From assembly GCA_000092065.1 (NCBI GenBank), contig CP000585.1: a stretch of 64,000 nucleotides of DNA; one strand, given 5' to 3'. The first letter of the stretch is position 1. Every line of letters starts with the position of its first letter. The position numbers were made by a program, and so were the translations under genes. Below the pieces are notes generated by a model. It was not told the DNA's origin. It saw only the letters and a program-made list of their open reading frames with translations, and searched no databases. This document shows positions 28,300-38,700 of the stretch, in pieces. Source of the DNA: Ostreococcus lucimarinus. Lineage: Eukaryota.

Positions 28300-31200
28300 C
28301 TACTTCTTGGCTTTGGCGAGCTGAACGCCTTCCATTTCGTCTTCGACGTCTGAAAAAAGCTCGCGTAAATTCTCGAGAGTCTCCTCGTCGGCGTCCCACA
28401 TTCCGCGACCGGCGGCTTCGAGCATGCGCTTGACGACGTTCCTGAACGCCTGCGGGTTCGATTTTCTCAGCTTGTCACGCATCTCTTCGTCTTCGACGTA
28501 GGTTTCGTGCGCGCCGTCGTACACCCAGTTCTCGGCGAACCCGCTCGTGGCGCCCCAGCCCACGAGCGCGGTCATGCGTTGGGAAATTTCGTACGCACCG
28601 CCCGATCCTTGGTCCGCCATCGCGGTCGCCCATCGCGGGTTGAGTAGTTTCGTGCGGTACTCCATGCGAAGCGTCTCGTCGAGATCTTTCGGGGTGACGT
28701 CTTTACCGAAAGTCTCGACGATGGAGCACGCGACGTCGGGATTTTTCACGCCCGCGTCTTCCTTCGCGGCCTTGGCTGCGGCGACGAGCGCGCCCGTGTT
28801 GGCGTAGTACTCTTGGATGTCGGTCAGACCGTACTCTACAGAATCGATTTCCTGAACCACGCGCTCGGTGGTGCGTAAGAGCGATTGTAAAACTTCTGGT
28901 CGCGCGGTGCCGCGTTCGTCGCCTTTGCCGTACGAGTACGCGTTTCTCGACGCCCACGTATCTCCAAGCTCGCGAGAGTCCTCCCATCCACTCGTTCCGA
29001 CGCGTTCGTTCACCATGGAACCGTAGTCTCCGGGAGGGTTGCTGAACAAGCGTGCGGTGGTGTTCTCGATCCCCTCGCTTTGCATCTCTCTCGAGTGTTT
29101 GCGAATGAAGTTCATCTCAATCGGCTCGTCCGCCTCAGCCGCTCGAACGAAGAGGTCATCCAACAAACCAACGACGCTTGCAAAGCTGTCCCGGAAAATG
29201 CCAGACATGTTACACAAAACATCGACGCGCGGACGCCCATTCATCTCGCTGAGAGGAATCAGTTCGTATCGCACGACGCGACCGGTGCCTTCTTTCACCG
29301 CTCGAGCGCCGACGAGTTGCAAAACTATGCCGACGCTCTCTCCTTTCGTTTTGATCGCGTCGAGTCCCCACAAATTTACGCTGACTGATTCTGGATACGC
29401 ACCGTCGTTTGCGTCTTGATGTTGTTTCAGAATGGCATCCGCCACTGCGGCGCCGCGCGTGGCGGCGGCGGCCGATGGCATGCGGTACGGATCGAGTGCG
29501 TGAATGTTCCTTCCGGTTGGAAGGACTCCTTTACCGTCGCGCAACAAATCACCACCCACTGCCGGAGGCACCCATTCGCCGTCCAGGGCTCGATGCATAC
29601 CCGTGATCTCTTCTGTGTTCATCGAGAGCAGATCACGAATCTCGATCGCTTCCGTGACCTTGTCGCTGACAGTCGCCGTAGCGCCTCCGCTTTGCAGCGC
29701 GTCTTGCGCGCTGACGGGCACGGATAGGTTGAACGTTTGCTCGAGCCTAGCTTTGACCGCGTCCAGTGATTCGTTTGGATCAGCCTTGACAATTTCATCG
29801 ATCAGGCCCGCTTCGATATCACCGTCAAAGTACGCGCTAAGATACTGTGTCATTGACTCGCGCGTCGGCGCGGTGCCGAGCGAATGCAAGCCTTCGCTGA
29901 AGAGTCGATTTTCCAGAACGCCAAGGTACGTGTAGAGCTCGCTGGCATACGCATCGAAGTCTTTCTGAGAGAGAGACTCCGCCATTTCCGGCGTCATGCG
30001 AACATGCTCGCTCGTTTGTGCGTCGACGTAAGGGCAGTCGCTGTCTAATCCAGCCGCAGTCACCATGTCAAAGATGGACGTGCGCAAAGCGCTGTTCTCG
30101 TCGGGATTTTCCCTATACTCGTTCAAAATTTCACGCAACTGCGCGGTTTGCTTGTACAAGCCGGCGCGTCCGTACGGTGGCACGTTGTGCGAAATGATGA
30201 CTCCGTATCCGCGTCGCTTCGCGATGATGCTTTCACTAGGATTGTTCGCGGCGTATACGTACACATTCGGCATCGCGCCCAACAACTGTTCGCTCCACGA
30301 CAAGCTCGTGTTCCCGAGCGGCGAACCCGGGAGCCACTCGACGGTACCATGCATGCCGAAGTGAACGATCGCGTTCGCCTTGAACTCGTTTTGAAGCCAT
30401 TTGTAATACGCGGCGTACTGCGGATGCGGCGTGAGATCGCGCTCAAACAACAATCGCATCGGATCGCCCTCCACGCCGAGCGCAGGTTGAATGCCGATGA
30501 AGACGTTACCAAGCTGGAGACCAGTGACGACGCTCCCTTTGCCTGGCGCAGTCGCAAGTCCGATGTAATTTTCGAGCGGTCCCCACGCCGCTTCCATCTT
30601 TTTTACGAGTACGTCGGGTTCTGGTAAGTATGGAATCGGTCCCCACTCCGTCGGTCCCCACTCCTTTGGAAACGCGAGCCACTTCTTCAGCTGCGCCGGC
30701 GTCACGTTCGCACCCGCAACCGTGACTCCAGGGAGCTCACCGCCTTTCGCCATGTCGCTCACCGCGTTCACCGCTCCATCGTAACCAGCCATGATTGTGG
30801 CGTTTTCTTCCAACGTACGCAAAGCTTTGACGATGGACTCGCCCGTGGGGAGCTCGTCGGCGTCGCCGAGGTAGTACCCTTCAGCTTTGAGCGACTGTAA
30901 CATGTTTTCTAAAGAATTCGGCACGTTTAGTAACGCCGCCGTACCCGTGGCACCGACGCCCGGGGGGAATCCGTACATCATCACTGCGATTTTGCGCTCA
31001 TCTCGCTTGGTTTTGCGTAAACTGTGCCATTGCTTCAGACGATTTGAAAGCGCAAAGACGCGCTCGCGAGTGAGGTAAATGTTGTCGCCGCACAACCCAC
31101 CGAGCGCGACCGTGTCGATCGCGCCGTCAAGTTCTGGCAACGCGTAGAGAATTGTACTTTGTAAACCACCAACGCCACTTCGAACCCAGGAAGCGATGTC

Positions 31201-32997
31201 TTGAATCAACAACGGCGCGGCGACGAAGTACGGAATGTTCTTCGCTCCCAAGATACCTTGCGCAACTTCAGCCTGCCGACCCGCCTCCATACTTCCCGCG
31301 GGGCCGCCGACGAGAGGAAATCCGACCGTGCTAACCACGGCGTCTACAACTGTGGCGTCTTGCTTCAAAGAATCGACCTCTACGACGCCTTCAGCGCGTC
31401 TTTGTTGTTCGTATTCAGACGTCAGCATGTCGCGCACAATGGTGTGCGCCTCGACGCCGTTGATGAAAATTGGAATCGGCAGAACGCCGGAGTCTTCGAA
31501 TGATTCGACTAAATCCGCAAGATATGGCTGCTTCGTGATGACGTGCTTACGGTAAAGAAGCATAGCCACGCGCGGGGCACCCGCTGGAACTTTGTGGGAA
31601 CGCGTCCGAGCGTGCCAATCAAGGTAGGACGCGATCGTCTCGAAGTACGGCATCTTTTCTCGCTCGCGTTGCGGATGATAGAGACCCAGCGCCGGAGTTT
31701 CCACGGGAGGTTTTGGCGCGCCAGAGACACCGAAGATCCGTTCTATGAACGATTTCGGCTTGTTCTCGTCACCGGGCGGGGCCAAGTACTCTGACGCAAG
31801 ATACGCGAACGCTTCTTCAACGTTTTCTTTGCCGCCTTGGTTCCAGTACGCGTACACCGTGAGCCAATTCTTCAGATCACGCGCCTTATCCCCGGGAACA
31901 AACTTCAAAAGTTGTGGGCCGATCTTCAAGAACGACAAGTAGCCGACGAGCTTGTCCTCCTCCTTGCCGCTTCCAAACTTGGCGAGCACGGCTTTCACTG
32001 CCGGCGGCGGTCCCGCCTTTTGCCCGCTCGGTGCCGCCATTTGGAAAGAACCGACGGATGTGCAGCTCATGAGCTCGAGGGCGGACTCGAACACAAATCG
32101 CAAGGGAATATCTGCGATGCGCGCGCGCAACCACTCGACTTGATCGTAATCGAACAACAACGACCCGAAGAAGACATCCGCGCCGTCGAGCGCGGCTTCC
32201 AACTCCTCTCGTCTTCCCTCGATATCGCGATCGCTAAACACTAACAAATCAACGTGAGGGTATCGTTTCTTCAAATCTCGCGCCGACGCCTTGTACAGCG
32301 CGACGTTAAAACTCTCGAATCCACTCAACAAAACAATCTTCCGCGCGCCCTCGCGCGTCTCGGGAACCGCGGACGCCTTCATCGGCGGCGCGCTCAAAAA
32401 CCCCACCCCACCGCGTTTCGCCACCGCCAGCGCGTTCTCCGCCTCCGCCAACGCATCTCGAGCTCGATCTCGCCGCGCTTTTATCGAGTGCACGCTCTTC
32501 TGAAACGTCAACCACTTCGCCCCGTCCTTCTCCGCCTCCCGCAGCAGCGCCGTCGCCGCCTTCGGTTCGCGCGCGTTCAGCTCTCGAAATCCAATCTCCG
32601 TGCCCGCCTCGTCCCCGAGCGCGCGCTCCTCGCCGTCCTCGCCGTCCACTCGCGGCTTCATCGTTCCGAACGCGTCGCGATACGCGCCATCGAGCGCGCT
32701 CGTGAGCGCGTCGACGTCGCGCGTCAGCGCCTCCACTCTGGCTCGGCGCTCGGCGACGTCATCGTCCTCTCGCCGCGCGCCCTCCGCCGCCGCCGTCGCG
32801 AGGACGTCGTCGGCGTAGCGCTCGGCGGCGCTCGACAGGGGCTTCGCGTCGACGCCCTCGCCGCGGGCGACGCGCGCGGCGGCCGTCGCGCGACGCGCGC
32901 GCGACGTCGACGACGCGCGGCGACCGAGTCGACCGCGCGACGCCGCGGACGCGCGCGGCGGCGCGGACGCGCGCGGCGCGAGGCGCGGACCGCGCAT
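28300..32997 (-). CDS. CHLH: magnesium chelatase subunit H (CHLH/GUN5; CobN/Mg-chelatase family) with unusually long N-terminal extension
   Basis: About 1330 aa align along the CobN/CHLH family. These include the N-terminal domain (KIVLLSGFESFNVALYK...VFFGSLLFDYDQVEWL), the central porphyrin-binding region and the conserved C-terminus (...NWVYDGAHETYVEDEEMRDKLRKSNPQAF). The ORF adds ~220 aa before the conserved start: an Arg/Ala/Ser-rich presequence and a predicted coiled-coil segment. Confidence 0.92.
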   Translation of the reverse strand: MRGPRLAPRASAPPRASAASRGRLGRRASSTSRARRATAAARVARGEGVDAKPLSSAAERYADDVLATAAAEGARREDDDVAERRARVEALTRDVDALTSALDGAYRDAFGTMKPRVDGEDGEERALGDEAGTEIGFRELNAREPKAATALLREAEKDGAKWLTFQKSVHSIKARRDRARDALAEAENALAVAKRGGVGFLSAPPMKASAVPETREGARKIVLLSGFESFNVALYKASARDLKKRYPHVDLLVFSDRDIEGRREELEAALDGADVFFGSLLFDYDQVEWLRARIADIPLRFVFESALELMSCTSVGSFQMAAPSGQKAGPPPAVKAVLAKFGSGKEEDKLVGYLSFLKIGPQLLKFVPGDKARDLKNWLTVYAYWNQGGKENVEEAFAYLASEYLAPPGDENKPKSFIERIFGVSGAPKPPVETPALGLYHPQREREKMPYFETIASYLDWHARTRSHKVPAGAPRVAMLLYRKHVITKQPYLADLVESFEDSGVLPIPIFINGVEAHTIVRDMLTSEYEQQRRAEGVVEVDSLKQDATVVDAVVSTVGFPLVGGPAGSMEAGRQAEVAQGILGAKNIPYFVAAPLLIQDIASWVRSGVGGLQSTILYALPELDGAIDTVALGGLCGDNIYLTRERVFALSNRLKQWHSLRKTKRDERKIAVMMYGFPPGVGATGTAALLNVPNSLENMLQSLKAEGYYLGDADELPTGESIVKALRTLEENATIMAGYDGAVNAVSDMAKGGELPGVTVAGANVTPAQLKKWLAFPKEWGPTEWGPIPYLPEPDVLVKKMEAAWGPLENYIGLATAPGKGSVVTGLQLGNVFIGIQPALGVEGDPMRLLFERDLTPHPQYAAYYKWLQNEFKANAIVHFGMHGTVEWLPGSPLGNTSLSWSEQLLGAMPNVYVYAANNPSESIIAKRRGYGVIISHNVPPYGRAGLYKQTAQLREILNEYRENPDENSALRTSIFDMVTAAGLDSDCPYVDAQTSEHVRMTPEMAESLSQKDFDAYASELYTYLGVLENRLFSEGLHSLGTAPTRESMTQYLSAYFDGDIEAGLIDEIVKADPNESLDAVKARLEQTFNLSVPVSAQDALQSGGATATVSDKVTEAIEIRDLLSMNTEEITGMHRALDGEWVPPAVGGDLLRDGKGVLPTGRNIHALDPYRMPSAAAATRGAAVADAILKQHQDANDGAYPESVSVNLWGLDAIKTKGESVGIVLQLVGARAVKEGTGRVVRYELIPLSEMNGRPRVDVLCNMSGIFRDSFASVVGLLDDLFVRAAEADEPIEMNFIRKHSREMQSEGIENTTARLFSNPPGDYGSMVNERVGTSGWEDSRELGDTWASRNAYSYGKGDERGTARPEVLQSLLRTTERVVQEIDSVEYGLTDIQEYYANTGALVAAAKAAKEDAGVKNPDVACSIVETFGKDVTPKDLDETLRMEYRTKLLNPRWATAMADQGSGGAYEISQRMTALVGWGATSGFAENWVYDGAHETYVEDEEMRDKLRKSNPQAFRNVVKRMLEAAGRGMWDADEETLENLRELFSDVEDEMEGVQLAKAKK

Positions 32998-33115
32998 CGC
33001 GGACGCGGACGACTGTCGCGAGCGATTCGCGCGAGCGATGGGCGACGCGCGCGTGCGAGTGACGCGGTGAAGACGCGCGATTGGCTAGGCGTGCGCGCTG
33101 CAAAAGTTAAGTTAC

Positions 33116-33128
33116 TCACTCGGGACGA

Positions 33129-33166
<38 letters not shown>

Positions 33167-34750
33167 CTGGGAGAAGAAGAAATCCTGGGGGTTGATGCCG
33201 AGATCCCAAAGCTCGCAGTCGTCGAGCGCGGGGTCGCACTCGTCGTCTGCGAAGAAAATCTCTTCGCCGCCGACGTGCCCGGCGGCGGTGCCGAAGCGGC
33301 AAGGAGCGCCCCACTCCTCGCGGATGAGCGTCATTTTTTGTGGCTCGTCCGTGCGCTTGGGAAAGAAGCACAGCTTGAGGACGAAGGAGTATCGCGGGAC
33401 TCCGGCGATTTGGCTCGGCGTGGAGACGCGATGGAGGATGTCCTGATCCATGAGAACGACGCGACCCGGCTGCGGGCGGACGAAGACGCCGGTGCCGGTG
33501 CCGGGGTCGAGGAAGAGCGTCTCGGCGTCGAAAGCGGCGGGCCAGTGACCTGGGTTGAGATAGACCATGGCGGATACGAATAGCGGTCGGCCTCGCTCGC
33601 GATTGACGTACGAACCGTAGCGCTCGACCCAAGGCGCGGACGGATCGAGCTGGCTCGGGTCCATGTCTATATGCCAGTTGAACATGTCGCCGTACACCGC
33701 GGCGTTACCGATGGCTGAGCAAATGCTCGAGCCCCCCCACGCACCGGGGACGGCGTCCGGCTCGAGTGCATCGCTCGGCATGGTGCGTATGTCGTACTCT
33801 GGGTATAACGCCGCCAAGCGAGCGCGAAACGCGCGCACAGCGTCGGTCTTCATGACTTCTTCCAACGTCTCCGGCGTCAGTCCCCAGCTCGGCGGCGGCG
33901 ATTCGCCGTCTTCACCTTCCAACCCATCGCGCGTCTCCCGGTTCCACTTTCCCGGCGGCGGTCCTGTTTCGGTGAAGTGGTCGTATCCAACCTCGGTAAG
34001 CGCGTCGAGAAGCGCCGCGCGCAACGGCTCGCCGACGACGCCGTCGATGGCGACGACGTGCGACGAATCGCTCCGTAAGCGCTCTTCCCCCCGAGCCATG
34101 CTCGCCGTATCCAAAACCTCGGCTCGATCCATCGAAACCGCCATAGCTGTCGTCACTCGCCCTAAATCCCACGCATCCTTCGCGCCCTCGTACTCAAAAT
34201 CGACGTGCTCGTTCACGTCGTACGAATCCGCCTCCGTCGTCGGCTTCAAATTCCAATACCTCTCATGCGCCTCAACCACGCTCTTCGCCGCCTCTCCCAG
34301 CGTCCCGAGTCTCAACTTCTCCGTGAACACCCCGAACACCGCCCCCTCGAACCCCTCTTCGTTCATCTCCAGCTTCAAATCCGGCATCAGCGCCTTCGCC
34401 GCGTCGCCGTCCAGCATGACGACGCGTTCGCCGACCCCGTCTTCGTCCTCTTCCCCGTACGTCCCGCGCACGCTCGACGTCATCTCGCTCGCGCGCACGC
34501 CGCGCGTCTCGATCTCACCGAGCTCGACGCCGGAGTCCTCCACCGCGGCGCGCAGCGCGTCGACGAGTTCGCGCACGCGCGGGATCTCCGCCGCGCCGTA
34601 CCCAAACAGCGCCACGCGCGCGACCGCGACCGCGTTCGGCGTCGCGGCGCCGCGCGCGCGCGCGACGCGCGACGCCGCGCGCTCGCGCCGCGCGCCCGCG
34701 CGACGCGTCGACGGACGGTGCGCGCGCGCGCGCGGCGCGAGCGCGCGCAT
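33116..34750 (-). CDS. hypothetical plastid-targeted protein with C-terminal 2OG-Fe(II)-oxygenase/cupin-like fold
   Basis: Start taken at the first ATG (MRALAPRARAHR...); the track ORF begins at a TTG. The C-terminal half has a His-x-Asp...His arrangement (NWHIDMD ... VLMDQDILHRVSTP) embedded in a predicted beta-rich region typical of double-stranded beta-helix hydroxylases. It ends in a 13-residue poly-Asp tail encoded by (GTC)n. Confidence 0.55.
33129..33166. repeat. (GTC)n/(GAC)n trinucleotide microsatellite encoding a C-terminal poly-Asp tail
   Basis: 13 consecutive GTC triplets on the plus strand, translated DDDDDDDDDDDDD on the minus strand. Confidence 0.9.
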
Positions 34751-34949
34751 CGCGCTCGAGAGTGCCGTCGGCGCGCGCGTCAACGCCTTTTCGCGGGAAC
34801 AAACGTAGGCGCGAGACTGTTTGCCCAGTGACAGCTCATCGGCGACGCGCGACTGGAACGGCGCGGCGTCTCGGCGTGATTTGATGTGCGTTACAACCCA
34901 GACGGTGCGCAGTTTTATTGTTCATATATATGCCGCGGGCCGGCGGCGC

Positions 34950-35519
34950 TCAGAGGTAGACGCAGTACGCGCCGGCGAGGGACAGCAACGCCATCAACGC
35001 CTCCGGGACGTAGTGCATCGGGTACTTGACGGACAAGTTGTTCTTCAACAAGTTCCACTTGGCGTTCCAAGGATACAGCACACCGACCGCGAACGACGCG
35101 AAGAGCGCGATTTTAGCGCCCGTGGCGACGTCGAGCTGTTGCACGGCGTACACGAGGCCGGCGAAGGCGACCGAGGAGCCGCGAATCCAAAACTGCGTCA
35201 ATTGATCCGCCGACGCGTTGAAGTGGTCGGTGATCATCTTCGCCGGGACCAAGAGCATTTGCAGCGCGTAGACGCCCATGACGGCGCTGAACGCGGTGAC
35301 GTACTGCGCGGAGGTGATGATGCGCGCAGGCGGCGGCGGCGGCGGCGCTTTACCCGCGATCTGCGCGACTTCGCGCGTTTGTTGGCGCTGCGTCGGCGCG
35401 AAATTCGCGGCATTCGCCGTCGGCGCGTTCGCGCGGACGATCGGCGTCGCGCGTCGCGCGTGCGCGCGCGCGCGCACCGCGGGGCGGGCGAGAACGGTGG
35501 AGGTCGTCAAGGTGAACAT
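34950..35519 (-). CDS. hypothetical small plastid membrane protein (transit peptide plus 3 TM)
   Basis: Internal ATG (MFTLTTSTVLARPAVRARAHARRA...) chosen because the track ORF starts at a TTG. The mature region has three hydrophobic helices (YVTAFSAVMGVYALQMLLV; SSVAFAGLVYAVQQL; IALFASFAVGVLYPW). Confidence 0.5.
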   Translation of the reverse strand: MFTLTTSTVLARPAVRARAHARRATPIVRANAPTANAANFAPTQRQQTREVAQIAGKAPPPPPPARIITSAQYVTAFSAVMGVYALQMLLVPAKMITDHFNASADQLTQFWIRGSSVAFAGLVYAVQQLDVATGAKIALFASFAVGVLYPWNAKWNLLKNNLSVKYPMHYVPEALMALLSLAGAYCVYL

Positions 35520-35682
35520 GTTCTGTCGGCGGGCGAGCGTACGGTGCGCGTCGACGAGCGTCGTGTTGTGACGACTCTCGGAATGCGTGAGAATTATAAT
35601 CGTGCTGACGCGGCATGAAAATGACGCTGAAAAAAAATGTCCGATTTTCGGGCGCGAGACGCGACGCGACGCGACGCGGGGG

Positions 35683-36882
35683 TCACGCGACGCGCGCGAG
35701 ATCGAAGGCGTCGACGACGGCGTCGGGCGCGCGCGCGCGATAGCGAAACGCGGCGTCGTCGGCGCCTTGGTATGGAACGACGCGAAGGGCGCAAGACGCG
35801 CGATCGGAGGCGTCGTCAAAGTCGCAAATCAAGGCGCCGAACTTTGACGCGTCGGGGGCTCGAACGCACGTCGGCGAAGACGCGAGACAGGAGGTGGAGT
35901 ATACCTTGGCCCAGATGCCGCTGTCGGTGAGTTGAGCTTCATTTTTGTAGCCGCCGATGCCGACGACGGCGACGGCGGTCAGACCGTCGTTTGAAGAGGC
36001 TCGAGACGGCCGAAGCAAGACGCGACGCGTCTCGCGGTCGTAGACTTGAAGATCTTCTCGCGTGAAATCGTAGACCTTGGAGCCGAAGCGATTCATGGTG
36101 AAAGAACGACTGTACACGTGTGCGTGTCCAGTGACTATAAACGCGCCGTATTTGCGACATATTTCGTACGCCCCGAATCCCACCGCGTCGCCTTTGTAGC
36201 TGACTTGCAAGCGCTCTTGCGTCATGTGCCACACGCAAATTTTCCATTTTCTCTTCGACGAACTCAACGCGCGCTCTAAAAAGTCGTAGTGGTCGCGATT
36301 GGCCGACTCCCCAGGTCGTTCGGCGCCGACGGAAGACAGTACGATCAAAACATCAGGGGTTTCCATGATGAAATCTTCGCCGTACGATCCCGAATACGTC
36401 GAACCTCGCAACGTCGGAAGTTGCCGCCGTAATAAACTTTGGTAGCCGCGTGGTCCACTCCAAAGATCACTGACACCGTCCCATCCATCGACGTCGTGAT
36501 TTCCTTTACTCGCGATGTACGATATTCCCCGCCTCCAAACATGTTCCGTGAGGAAGCGAAAGAAGCTCGTGGGAGACGACGCGTAATCGAGATCGCCCGC
36601 GTGCACGATCAAGTCCGCACCGGCGTCCGCGGCGAGTCGGAAAACGTTCTTTGCGCGAGAATACGCGCCGCAGTATTTGCCATCAAACGTTTGACACTCC
36701 ACGCCATCGACTTTGTACGATGGTCGGCGAACATTTCCAAGGTAGTCTGTCCAAACCGAGCCTGGCTTGTCGTTGCCTATGCCCGTGTCCCCTATGAACG
36801 CGATGCGCAGCGCGCACGTGCATCGTGGTGCGTAAAGCAATGCGAGCGACAAAAGCACGAACGCGTGTCTTGAGGTGTGCAT
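35683..36882 (-). CDS. calcineurin-like metallophosphoesterase (purple-acid-phosphatase-like), secreted (signal peptide)
   Basis: ATG at 36882 (MHTSRHAFVLLSLALLYAPRCTCA = signal peptide). Metallophosphatase motifs in order: GDTG, GDLDY, GNHD, GHAHVY. Confidence 0.8.
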   Translation of the reverse strand: MHTSRHAFVLLSLALLYAPRCTCALRIAFIGDTGIGNDKPGSVWTDYLGNVRRPSYKVDGVECQTFDGKYCGAYSRAKNVFRLAADAGADLIVHAGDLDYASSPTSFFRFLTEHVWRRGISYIASKGNHDVDGWDGVSDLWSGPRGYQSLLRRQLPTLRGSTYSGSYGEDFIMETPDVLIVLSSVGAERPGESANRDHYDFLERALSSSKRKWKICVWHMTQERLQVSYKGDAVGFGAYEICRKYGAFIVTGHAHVYSRSFTMNRFGSKVYDFTREDLQVYDRETRRVLLRPSRASSNDGLTAVAVVGIGGYKNEAQLTDSGIWAKVYSTSCLASSPTCVRAPDASKFGALICDFDDASDRASCALRVVPYQGADDAAFRYRARAPDAVVDAFDLARVA

Positions 36883-36977
36883 GATGCGTGCGCGTGTGAA
36901 GCACCAAGGCGGGGATAGATTTTCCAATATCGGTCACATCAAATTCACATGGGCGAGTTAACATCCGCGCTCTTCGA

Positions 36978-38540
36978 CTACGCGCTCTTACCCGGAGACT
37001 TGAGCGAGAACAAACGCTTCACAGCACTGTTGCTCTTCTTTACGCTTGTCGGGGTAGCCATGGACGCGGAACGCGGTGTTTTATACGAAATGGCATCGTC
37101 GTCTGCGCCACGTGGGCTGGCGTGTGCCCGCGAGAACGAGTTGGGCGATAACGGCGTGGACACCGCGAGCTTCGTGAGAGACACATTCTTTTCCCACGGG
37201 ACGAACGTAGTATCGTTCATGTGTTGCAGACTCCAAGGCGGACACTCGTTGAGCTTGCGCTTGCAGTTGCCTCCCAAAAATTCTGGTACGCGATCGACGC
37301 CTCCCATGATGGCGGCGAGCTTGGTCAAGTTACCACGCTTGACCGAACCTAATATTCGAACTTTCGCTCGCACTCGACTTGGTAGAATTGCAGAAAATGT
37401 GGACCAAACAACTCGCGCACCGATCGGTACATTGACGACGTACGTGCGATAGAGAAACTCCGGGAAATTTGCATCAACTTCTTGCAAACGCTTGAAGACG
37501 GCGATGTTGCGACTCGACAAGAGACTCAAACCCGCCCCCTTCATGTCGATCACGTGCACGATTTTATCTCGCGCGATCGATCCAGGGCGTCTCGCCATCT
37601 CTGGCAACAACGTCTTAATCATGTACCCTTGCATGCGCATTCTTTGCCCTACTATATCTTCCACGCTCGCGGTTTTGAGCATCTTCTCGACGTCCAACGT
37701 GCCAAGACGCTCTACGTAAACCGGCACACCCAGCGGGGTATTGGCCGTGTACCAACCGCCCTGATATCCCTCATACATATGTTCGCGACTCTCGGCACTC
37801 ACAGCCTCCCAAGATTTCATGGCCTCTTCTAAATCGTGCGTCGCGTGCCACTCCGCTCGTCGTCGCATGTCTCCCGCGGCGACGCTCGCCTTCGTCCCGC
37901 CCGCCACCAATCCTCGCTCGTACGCTTCCCGCACGTCCAACTCAGGATTTCCACTATCAACAATCATATCTTTATGCAGCGCGCTCACTTCGAATTCCCG
38001 CTGCAGCGCGTGAAGCTCGACCATATATCCCTCCGCTTCGCGCTTCGCCCGCATCGCGTTCTCGAGTTTCGCGCGCGCCGTCGCCGAGCTCTCCGCTTCA
38101 CCCGCTCCCCGCACGCTCCGCGATCGCGCGCTAGCGCTTCGATATCCCATCATTCTCGCTTGAAACTCTCGTCGCTGCGCCCGAACCTTCCTCGGCGTGA
38201 GCGCGTTCCGCGTTTGACTCAACGCGCGTCTCGCGACGAACCACGCGCACGCGAGCGCGACCGCGCAGTAGCTCACAAGCTTCGCTCTGAGCGTCGGTCG
38301 CGCGCGCAGCAGCGCCGCGACGCCCACTGGCGGCGTTACGTACCGCGCGCGCGCGCGCAAGGCCTCAGCCATCACCGGTGCGGACCAGGATCGTTCGCCG
38401 TCGACGCGTTTCGCGGGTCGATCGACATCGCGACCGGTGAACTCCCACGCCGACGCCGTCGCGGTGCGCGCGAGGACGGCGACGGTGACGGCGCACGCGA
38501 TGCGTGACAGGTTTCGCGCGCGTCGCGCGCGGGCGCGCAT
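36978..38540 (-). CDS. SEC14-like phosphatidylinositol transfer protein (CRAL-TRIO domain) with N-terminal membrane anchor and coiled-coil region
   Basis: CRAL-TRIO lipid-binding domain (IVHVIDMKGAGLSLLSSRNIAVFKRLQEVDANFPEFLYRTYVVNVPIGARVVWSTFSAILPSRVRAKVRILG). It is preceded by a hydrophobic segment (LVSYCAVALACAWFVA) and a charged helical region. Confidence 0.8.
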   Translation of the reverse strand: MRARARRARNLSRIACAVTVAVLARTATASAWEFTGRDVDRPAKRVDGERSWSAPVMAEALRARARYVTPPVGVAALLRARPTLRAKLVSYCAVALACAWFVARRALSQTRNALTPRKVRAQRREFQARMMGYRSASARSRSVRGAGEAESSATARAKLENAMRAKREAEGYMVELHALQREFEVSALHKDMIVDSGNPELDVREAYERGLVAGGTKASVAAGDMRRRAEWHATHDLEEAMKSWEAVSAESREHMYEGYQGGWYTANTPLGVPVYVERLGTLDVEKMLKTASVEDIVGQRMRMQGYMIKTLLPEMARRPGSIARDKIVHVIDMKGAGLSLLSSRNIAVFKRLQEVDANFPEFLYRTYVVNVPIGARVVWSTFSAILPSRVRAKVRILGSVKRGNLTKLAAIMGGVDRVPEFLGGNCKRKLNECPPWSLQHMNDTTFVPWEKNVSLTKLAVSTPLSPNSFSRAHASPRGADDDAISYKTPRSASMATPTSVKKSNSAVKRLFSLKSPGKSA

Positions 38541-38700
38541 GTCGCGGTCCGGCGCGCGCGTGTGCGGGCGCGCGCGGTCGTCGTCTCTGCAGCAGATAGA
38601 TATTTGCAGATAGATATTTTGGGTCGTTCGCTAAGCTCAAATGACAAAGGAAATATTAAAGCGCGCGGAGGTCGCGACGCGGACGCGAGCGCGCGCGCGC

